Positions 1 to 8,600 of a stretch of DNA of 32,000 nt are shown one piece after another. The notes below the pieces were generated by a model, which was not told the DNA's origin, ran no database searches, and saw only the letters and a program-made list of their open reading frames with translations. The DNA is from Candidatus Electrothrix yaqonensis (GTDB taxonomy: Bacteria > Desulfobacterota > Desulfobulbia > Desulfobulbales > Desulfobulbaceae): contig CP178758.1 in NCBI GenBank assembly GCA_047651235.1, positions 690,001 through 722,000 of the forward strand, read 5' to 3'. The position numbers were made by a program, and so were the translations under genes. How positions within the stretch are numbered: the stretch's first letter is position 1; every line of letters starts with the position of its first letter.

Positions 1-554
1 AGGAGGAGATTGCCCATTCACGGGGTCTGATCACCAAAGATGAAATCCGGGCCGTGATTCTGCATCGTCTCCGGTTGCCGCCGACCGGAGTGCTCTGGGA
101 CGTGGGCGGCGGTTCCGGCTCCGTGTCCGTGGAAGCGGCCCGTTTCTGCCCGGAACTGGCTGTTTATACAGTGGAACAGAAAGAGGAGAACCAGGAGAAT
201 ATCCGGGCCAATATCGTCCGGTACGGTTTGTATAATATCCGGCTGATCTGCGGCCAGGCTCCTGACGAGTTTGCCGGACTGCCTGATCCTGACCGGGTGT
301 TTATCGGCGGCAGCAAGGGGCTGCTGGCTGAAATTATTCCTCCCTGTGCGGAACGGCTGACGCCCGGAGGCAGAATGGTGGCCAGTGCGGTGCTGAAGAA
401 CACAGCGGAACAGGCACCTCTGCTTATGGCGGCAAACGGCCTTGAGGTGGATGCCCGCACAGTGGCCGTGACCAGGGAAAAGCAGCCGTACACTGACGAC
501 AGGGAGCCGGGCGTCCGCCTAAACCCTATCACGATTATTACCGGGAAGAAATGA
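1..554 (+). CDS. cbiT: Cobalt-precorrin-6B C15-methyltransferase (decarboxylating), CbiT type; 5' end lies outside the window
   Basis: The frame is open from nt 3 (EEIAHSRGLITKDEIRAVILHRL...), so the GTG at 54 in the ORF track is internal. It has the SAM-binding loop VLWDVGGGSGSVSVEAA. Its stop overlaps the next start (ATGA at 551-554), and it lies in a run of corrin methyltransferase genes. Confidence 0.8.
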   Translation, partial: EEIAHSRGLITKDEIRAVILHRLRLPPTGVLWDVGGGSGSVSVEAARFCPELAVYTVEQKEENQENIRANIVRYGLYNIRLICGQAPDEFAGLPDPDRVFIGGSKGLLAEIIPPCAERLTPGGRMVASAVLKNTAEQAPLLMAANGLEVDARTVAVTREKQPYTDDREPGVRLNPITIITGKK

Positions 555-1309
555 GCAGAACTGAGCAGACAGGCCGCCTGTATCTTGTCGGGGTCGGGCC
601 GGGTGATCCGGAGCTGATGACCTGTAAGGCCGTGCGTATCCTGGAAAGCGTACAAGTCTGGGCCGTACCCAAGGCACGGGAGGACGGAACAAGCAGCGCC
701 CTGCAGATCGCCTCAGCCATGATCAGCCTGAAGGACAGAACTGTGCTGGAGCTTTGCTTTCCCATGAAAAAGATCCGCCTTGAACAGGAGCATGACCCGG
801 AGGTGGTCCAAAGCTGGCTGAAGGCGGCCAGTACCGTGCTGGAGCATCTTGATCAGGGCAGGGATGTAGCCTTCCCGACCCTTGGTGATCCGGGCGTCTA
901 TTCCACCTCGTTTTATCTCCTGCATGTTCTCCATGGACTGCGGCCGGAACTGCGGGTTTCGATGGTGCCGGGTATCACGGCCATGTCTGCCTGCTCGGCC
1001 CAGGTCTGCAGGCCGCTGGGCCTGGGTGATGACATACTGTCCGTGGTGCCGGCAGCCTTTGACGACGACCGGCTGCGGGAGATTCTGCTCACGGCCGATG
1101 CCGTGGTCCTGATGAAGGTCTTCCGCCGCCTGCCCCGGATCATTGCCCTGCTGGACGAGCTGGGCCTGACTGGACAGGCCGTGCTGGTGGAACGCTGCGG
1201 CATGGACGATCAGCATATCTATACGGATATCCGGGAAGCAGCAGACCTAGACCTGCATTACTTCTCCACCCTCCTGGTCCGGAAAAAACAGGTAAGCAGG
1301 ACGGAATAA
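551..1309 (+). CDS. cbiL: Precorrin-2 / cobalt-factor II C20-methyltransferase (CbiL/CobI type)
   Basis: It carries the tetrapyrrole-methylase N-terminus LYLVGVGPGDPELMT and the FPM, GDPGVYST and PGITAM motifs. Both ends overlap neighbouring genes (ATGA and TAATG). Confidence 0.8.
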   Translation: MSRTEQTGRLYLVGVGPGDPELMTCKAVRILESVQVWAVPKAREDGTSSALQIASAMISLKDRTVLELCFPMKKIRLEQEHDPEVVQSWLKAASTVLEHLDQGRDVAFPTLGDPGVYSTSFYLLHVLHGLRPELRVSMVPGITAMSACSAQVCRPLGLGDDILSVVPAAFDDDRLREILLTADAVVLMKVFRRLPRIIALLDELGLTGQAVLVERCGMDDQHIYTDIREAADLDLHYFSTLLVRKKQVSRTE

Positions 1310-2070
1310 TGCAGACACCGATTGTTTTTCTCGGGGCCGGACCGGGTGACCCGGAACTGATTACTCTGAAGGGCCGCCGCTTGCTGGATGAGGCGGACGT
1401 GATTGTCTATGCGGGCAGTCTGGTCAATCCGGCCCTGCTGGATGGAATACGGGCGGAAATCCATGATTCTGCCGGAATGACCCTGGATGAGGTGCTGGCC
1501 GTACTGATTCCTGCCTGGCAGGCAGGAAAGAAAGCGGTGCGCCTGCATACCGGCGATCCCTCGATTTACGGGGCGATCCGGGAACAGATGCAGCGGCTGG
1601 ATCAGGAAGGCGTCCCGTATGAGGTGGTGCCAGGGGTGACCTCGGCGATGGCTGCAGCTGCCGCACTCAAGGCGGAGTTGACCGTGCCTGAAGTCACCCA
1701 GACGGTGATTTTTACCCGTCAGGCCGGGCGGACGCCGGTACCTGAGTCGGAGTCCCTGCGCAGTCTTGCTGCTATCCGGGCATCCATGTGCATCTTTCTT
1801 TCTGTATCCATGATGGACACGGTGGCCGGAAAGCTTATGGAGGGCGGTTATCCGCCGGATACCCCGGTAGCAGTGGTGGAAAAGGCATCCTGGCCGGATC
1901 AGAGCATTGTCCGGGGCACATTATCCGACATTGCCGAAAAAATTAGGGCCTCGGCCATCCGCAAGACCGCCATGATCGTGGTGGGCCGGGCCCTGTCCGA
2001 TGATCCGGCTGCCGCCTCAAAGCTCTATGATGCCGGGTTCAGTCATGGGTACAGGGACGGCCAAGGATAG
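1309..2070 (+). CDS. cbiF: Precorrin-4 / cobalt-precorrin-4 C11-methyltransferase (CbiF/CobM type)
   Basis: It has IVFLGAGPGDPELITLKG, ADVIVYAGSLV, HTGDPSIYGAI and VVPGVTS, which are typical of CbiF/CobM. Confidence 0.8.
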   Translation: MQTPIVFLGAGPGDPELITLKGRRLLDEADVIVYAGSLVNPALLDGIRAEIHDSAGMTLDEVLAVLIPAWQAGKKAVRLHTGDPSIYGAIREQMQRLDQEGVPYEVVPGVTSAMAAAAALKAELTVPEVTQTVIFTRQAGRTPVPESESLRSLAAIRASMCIFLSVSMMDTVAGKLMEGGYPPDTPVAVVEKASWPDQSIVRGTLSDIAEKIRASAIRKTAMIVVGRALSDDPAAASKLYDAGFSHGYRDGQG

Positions 2071-2222
2071 GAGGAGCAGGGAGACTGACGTTCCTTTTCA
2101 TTTCATTTAAATACTAACCTTTAGTGCCATTTTTTCAGCCTGCAAACTGAACTTAGCGGTGCCGGGTCAAATCCGCTGATCTGTATTTTAACTTGTTAGC
2201 TACAAGATGAGACAACGGGAGG

Positions 2223-2552
2223 ATGTTTATGCATGAGCTCGCCATAGCATTCCTGTTTGCAGTCGTTGTTACAATAATTGTTGCAATAAAATATATCTCA
2301 AGCAGTACAATAAAGAAAAAAGAGCATATCGACCTGCTGAAAGATTGGTACAAGGAGAACTACAGTAAGGATACAAAGAAAGATTTTGAATGTAAACTGG
2401 AGTGCGCATTTCCCGATTTTCATAAGTGGGTAAAGGCTAAAAATGAAAACAACGCACGGAAGAGTGCTGATATTCTCACAAATAGTAAAAAAATTCTCTG
2501 CGTGGCTATTATTATCACCACCATGCTGTTACTCATGCGTTTCGACAAATAG
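2223..2552 (+). CDS. Hypothetical small membrane protein (two predicted TM helices) in an AT-rich stretch
   Basis: This is a 109-aa ORF. A GGGAGG Shine-Dalgarno at 2216-2221 favours the second ATG (2229). It has hydrophobic N-terminal (LAIAFLFAVVVTIIVAI) and C-terminal (ILCVAIIITTMLLLM) segments and a lysine-rich middle. It is visibly more AT-rich than the cbi genes, and I recognise no family. Confidence 0.45.
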   Translation: MFMHELAIAFLFAVVVTIIVAIKYISSSTIKKKEHIDLLKDWYKENYSKDTKKDFECKLECAFPDFHKWVKAKNENNARKSADILTNSKKILCVAIIITTMLLLMRFDK

Positions 2553-2571
2553 TTATGGTATGGAAAAATAA

Positions 2572-2634
2572 AAGACTACCTCGATAAATCCCCGTTCCAC
2601 CGTGGGCACGGTGACCGAAATCTACGACCATCTA
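2572..2634 (+). pseudogene. Relic (about 20 codons) of a uvrA-like gene
   Basis: It translates to [21 protein letters not shown] directly after an in-frame TAA. From memory this matches the conserved N-terminal UvrA segment (E. coli ...[24 protein letters not shown]...). No other UvrA sequence is nearby. Confidence 0.5.
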
Positions 2635-2659
2635 CCGGCGAGTGAGCATTCAAACCAGA

Positions 2660-5600
2660 TTACCTGAAAACATCAGCCTCATCAACAGATGGATGTCCCT
2701 CAAAAAACTCCTTAAAACACACATTGGCCCGCAGGCTCTCTTCGTTCTGAGCGATAGCAGTGAAAAAGGTCTCGCTGCCCACGACAATGAGTTTATGGCG
2801 GGCGCGGGTGATGGCAACGTTGAAGCGGTTGGGGTTGTTGAGAAATTCGCCCAGTACCTGAGCCGAGTCTGAGCAGGTAAAACCGAACAGGATCACCTCC
2901 CGTTCTGCACCCTGGATGCGTTCCACGGTATCAATTAGGGGCAGATCGTCGCTGCTGCCTAACAGTTCCGTTAAACGGCGGCTTATCCGGTTATTCTGGG
3001 CACGATGGGGCGAGATCAGGGCCAGTTGTTCCTTGTGCAGACCGTATTTGCTCTGTAGGCGATGGGCCAAGCGGGTCATGATTTCCGCCTCCACGATGGA
3101 TTCCTGGCCGCAGCCCTGATGGTCGGCACGGACTAGGACCACGGGTTGTTCTGGATCAATGATCCTATCCAGAGGATCGTTGCCGAGTCGGCCCTTGAGC
3201 GACAAGCGGGCAGCAGCATTTGCCGGGGCCGGGCGTAATTTGGAATTGTACCAGGTGCGGCTGGGAAAGGCGCAGATTTCCGCGTTCATGCGATAGGTCA
3301 GGTCCAAAAATACGCTTTGCTGCGGGTAGCGGTGCAGCATGAGAGTGAGCAGGGAGCGACGGACCTCGCTTTCCAGAGCTTCATCATTCTCATGATCCTC
3401 TTGGTGCTCAACGTGGTGAAAGTGGTTAATTGTGTCCTTCTTGATCGGCGCTGAACGGATCACCGGCGGCAACTGATGCACATCGCCGAGAAAAAGAAAG
3501 TTGCCCTTGCCGTGCACCAGACTCAGCATGGCCTGCGGCAGCAAAACCTGTGATGCCTCATCAAAAATCACCCAATCAAAGGGTTTGGCAGGCAGCTTTT
3601 TGTTTTTCTGCAAATAAGTCAAACCATAGCCGGTGGCACCGAGAATGAGGTGGGAAAAGCGCAGTACCTGGTCAGGGGCTTCCAGCAATTCCACCTGCAT
3701 TTCGTCACTGTTTTCATCAAACTCCGGCCCATCCCACCTGCCCCATTTGCAGCAGCGGCCCGGAAAGTCAGGCAAATCATGTTGGTTGACCAGTTTAATC
3801 ACCTTGCTGAGTACCTGATCAATGGCCTGATGGGTCAAGGCACTGATCGCAATGCGAAGCGGCTCATCCCTTGCCTGGGCGTGGCGGACCAGCGCAATCA
3901 AAATCCAGCCCAGTAGATTGGTCTTGCCTGTGCCGGGCGGCCCCTGAATCAGGCTCAGGGCATGGCAAAACGGCATTTGAAGCCCCTGTTCTTGCGCCGC
4001 ATTCAAGCCGGCAAGCTTGCCTTCCGTGTGCAGCCATTCCTGTACCCATTCCTGCCAATCCGAAGGCTGGGCAAAATCCCAGGCTCCGTCAAACAGATCC
4101 TGCAAAGGATGGTGGATTTTTTCCGAATAAACGCTTTGCACTACCTCAATGAGCTTGGGCGTGGTCCAATCATCAGCGTCTTCTTCCAGCGAATAGGAGA
4201 TATTTTTCTGCAAGCGGAGCGTGCTGCGTTGCCGCGAAGAAAGGGTAACTAATCCTTGGTGCGGCTCGTAGCTGTTCACAATCACCGGCATACCGCTTTG
4301 CAGGTCTTTTACTCCTTGGGGAACCAGCTTGAGAAAATCCCCTTGGCGAAATTTGGAAACTCTCGTTCCTGCCCCATCGCTCTCTTCAATTGCTTCAAAG
4401 AGATAGAGAAAGCCTCCTTCATCATCCAGACCGGTGCCGGTAAAACGGAGCGGCCCCAAGGCCCGAAACCGTTCCACCCGCTCGGCCAGAGACAGTTCCT
4501 GCACGTCTCTGATATCTTTTTCTTGCACAGCCTGTTCCGCCTCGATGAAATTTTGAAAGGCTAGGCCCCTGCTCGACCCGGCTTGCGCAGGCTCATCCGG
4601 ATTATCCCAAGTAGGGGCGACTGGCTGGTCGCCCCTACTCCAATCACTGCTTAGGTGAGAGGCGATCCATTGCTGAACTTGCCTGTCAATGTTCAGAACT
4701 GCGGCAAGGTGCTCCTTTGCTTGTAGGGGTCGACCTATGTGTCTACCCTGTGATGTATTATCGGAAAAGGGCGGACACACAGGTACCGCCCGTACAGTGT
4801 CCGGCAAAAAGTCAAAGTGGACAAGGGACGCAGGGGCTGGCAAATTCTGCTCCGTGTGCAAGCCCAAAACGCGGGCCAGATCATACAGGGTGAGCGTGGC
4901 GGAAATGGGCAGGGCAAAATGCTTGTGCAACACCTGGTCAAGATCGGTCCAGGAGGGATCAAGGCTACGACGAAAAAGATTGCGCAGCGGCTTATCCGCC
5001 ATTATTGCTGCCCAGTCATCAAGCCCTTGCCGGATACCTGCACCGAAAAAGAAGATATGCGGCCTACCTTGCTTTTCGACAGCCTCTTGCCAGAATTTGA
5101 GGAAACAGTCCGAAAAAGCACGCCAAATCTGTTGTCGTTCTGCCTTCGCCGCTTTATCCCCGACCACCCAGGTAAATATCTGCAAATCCTCAGCACCCTG
5201 ACCACGTTGCCCAACTCCCAAACCCACAGCCTTGGGCAGCATGGTCACGGGATCATTGAGCAGATGAACGAAAAAACAGGTTGCAATATGGGCTGGAAAG
5301 AGATCTGTCCGTTGCCGGGTCAGAATGATTTTATTTTCGTGCAAGGCAGTGACAGCATTGTGCAGACCTTCTCTTTGCGCCGGGCTGAAATCGGTATTGA
5401 CGATACATGTTGTAGGGGCTGGCCCCTGTGCCTGCCCGGCACATAGGGGCACGGCGCGCCGTGCCCCTACAAAACCATCGGCAAACCAGGCCGAGGCATC
5501 CTCAATATTCCGCAGATCCAAGGCCCGCATTTTCTCCAAAGCACCTTGAGAAAGCCGGGGAATGAACTGGATATCTTCTTCGTGCAAAGCTTGCTGATAA

Positions 5601-8600
5601 CAAGAGGGAAAATAGGGACAACTCAGGCAATGCGCTTGTATTTGCCACCCGGCTTGATCTGGAGGATGCGAGAGACATTGTGCAAAATTACGTAAAAGCG
5701 CTGGCAAGCTGGCCAGATAGGGCTGGAGAGCAAAGGTATGCCGTTGCGGTTTGTCATCAAGGGGGGAGCGAATCAGAAGAAACCCGCTGTCATCAACCTG
5801 AACGCCTTTTGTATCAAGCCGCTCCTGCTCCAAAAAGGTCTTGAGCAAAAACGCATAAAAGGCCACCTGCCATCTCTGATGATAACGTGGTTTGGCAACG
5901 CTTTTAATGTCGCCCACTTCCAAGATGATATGTTGCTCTCCGGCTGCATCTTCGGCTGAAACACGGATGAGATCAGGAATGCCGACCCCGTCCACATCCA
6001 CCCTATCCACATTCAAAGGTGACAACAGCGCGGGCAAGAGAAACACGCCCTGGGCCAGATAGACGTTCCCTGCCAGATCCTTTTGCCCGAAAACACGTTG
6101 CAACCAATCTCGAGTTTCCGCATAACGGGACTCCAGAGAACGTGGCATCCCGGACTGATCCTTTTCCTGGACAAGATGAAATTGTTCTTTGAATCCGGCA
6201 AGCTCAGCCATAATTTCCTGTTCAAAGGCTAGGCCCCGTGCCAAACGAAGGCTGGCATACTCGTCGTCCATCGGGCTTTGTCGGGGGGGCTGATCCTCGG
6301 GCCGGAGAAAAGAAGCGCAGAACTGACGATCACATTGGTGGTGGCGAAAATATTCACCGATCATGGTGCCGGTCAAGGGTCTGGTCTGATAGCGAACCTT
6401 CTTGTCCTTGACAAAGACCGAAGCAGCATCTCCGGCATCTTCATACCGCTCCTTTTCCAAAGCCAATAATGGTTGACTCTGTACCTCAAAAAAGGTGGGC
6501 GCCTGTTCTTCAGTCTGCTCAGGATGAAATTCAAGATTGCGCGGATCACCCTCTACGATCTCGGAGGAACTGTCTTTGTATTGCTGAAAAAAAGCAATCA
6601 GTCGCTGATCAAAGATGCAATCAACCAGTTCGTGGCGCAATATTTCCGGCGGCAAAGTCGTACAAAAGGCATTGAGCGGAAACATGGCCCGCAGCTGCTT
6701 ACAATGGCTTTTGACCCAAGCCGTGAAATCATTGCGTTGCACGGGCAGGGGCAACTTTTCAAAAGGAATCCATTGACTACAGATCAGGCCGATCTCATCG
6801 GAATCCACCTCAACATCTTCTGATTGTGCAGCAAAATATTCCTTCACGCTCCAGGCGAGTAGCATATTGCCCACCGCGCCCAGATAAGTGCGGTATTGAA
6901 AAGATCCTTGATCGGCAAGGACCACCTCAATGCCGTTATTGAGCAAGACCGCCTTTGCATCTTGGGCCAGCTGCTGGCGGATGAGTTTGCGGGTTCGGGA
7001 AAAAAGCCCGGCAGCAGCCTCATTATCAGCAGCATTTGGTGATTTGAGGACTGCCCGCATAGCCTGCGCTGTCTCCAAAAAAACGTGACAGCCCATGCCG
7101 AGCCAGAGCAATTCCTTATCATCCAGCCGCTCCTGAGTGGGTTCCGCAAAAATCCGTTTATCCGCTTTGGTACTGATCCAGAGAATACGTAAAGGCCGAC
7201 CGGCTAGTAAAACCTTGTCGCCGGGATCAAGCTGCTTGACAATGGTCTGCGGAATATCAGCCACAGGCTCGCCTGCCACATCCAGCTTGTACTCAATCTC
7301 GGTTTCCGGGAAATTGGACCAAATTTGATACTCCGTCAAGGCCTCCCAATATCGCCATCCTCCTGTATATAAGCCCTCAGTCTTGTCCTTACGTAGCCAT
7401 TGTTTCTTGATCAGCGATTGGAAGATGTTCTCAAGCCGGGTCGCCGCTTCCTCGTTGCCCGAATCAACCCCCGGATCACAAAAGAGTTCCTGCACCGATG
7501 GTAAAGAAAGGCGTTTTTTTTCATACAAACAGGAAATGACCTGCTGGCTCAACACGCTGGGAAAGTTTTTGGGCAGGGCTGCTTCCACCTGTCCCTGCCG
7601 GGCCAGACTGAGCAGGGCGAGAAAACGCAAGACCTGCTGGCCTGCCTGTTCGCCCCGGCATATTCCCCAAAAATGAATGGCCTTTTGCCGTCGATTGGCC
7701 CGACCAATACGTTGCAGAAAGGCGGCAACCGAATCCGGCGGCTCAAAGAGAATGACCGCATCCACATCCCCCACATCAATGCCCAGCTCCAGAGTCGAGG
7801 TAGCAATGCAAATTGACCTGCTCTGCTTGCGAAAACTGTGCTCCACCTTTTGGCGTTGTTTAGCGGTGAGATTGGAGTAATGCAGATGAGCCCTGCCGCG
7901 AAAGGAACCAAGCCGATTCAACAGCCCGAAAATTTTATCACAGCGTCCCCGGCTGTTGGCAAAGAGCAGAATTTTGCGATAATCCCATTCACGGTAGAGA
8001 TCATCCAGAAAACCGATCAGCTCCTGTTCATCATTTGCAAGATGCACCATCCTGGGCACGATGTCCCTACTCACCTTATCAGCAAGAAAGACGGTATCCG
8101 ACGAGCAACCCAAAAAGCGGCCCACTTCATCGGGATCGGCAAGGGTGGCGGATAAGGCAAGTCGTTGCACTCTTGAGCCAATACGCCGTTCCAGACGTTG
8201 GAGCAGATAGACCAGTTGACGGCCACGATATTGATGGATAAAGAAATGGGCCTCATCGATGATCACAATGCGCACCCGTGCGAGAAAACCGCGCAGATCC
8301 TGATTGGAACTGCCCATCATCACGTCCAGCGACTCAGGCGTGGTGAGCAGCAGAGCAGGGCGTCCACCGCCTCTTTGTTTGAGGTCACCGGTGCGAATGG
8401 CGAATCCGAGCCCCAGTCGTTCGGTGATAACCGCTTTGAAACGCCGATACAGATCAGCGGCCAGGGCTCGGGTGGGGACGATATAGAGGACGGATTTGTT
8501 GGACCCGGAACGGATGACCCGTTCCATACACGGGGCCAACACGGCTTCGGTTTTGCCGGACCCGGTAGCAGATTGAAGAATAAGATCTTTTTGCGCCAGT

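Noticed and set aside
1-2222. Cobalamin riboswitch near the cbi genes
   Set aside because: The genes are tightly coupled and the operon start lies outside the window. No B12-box-like element is seen in the short non-coding parts.
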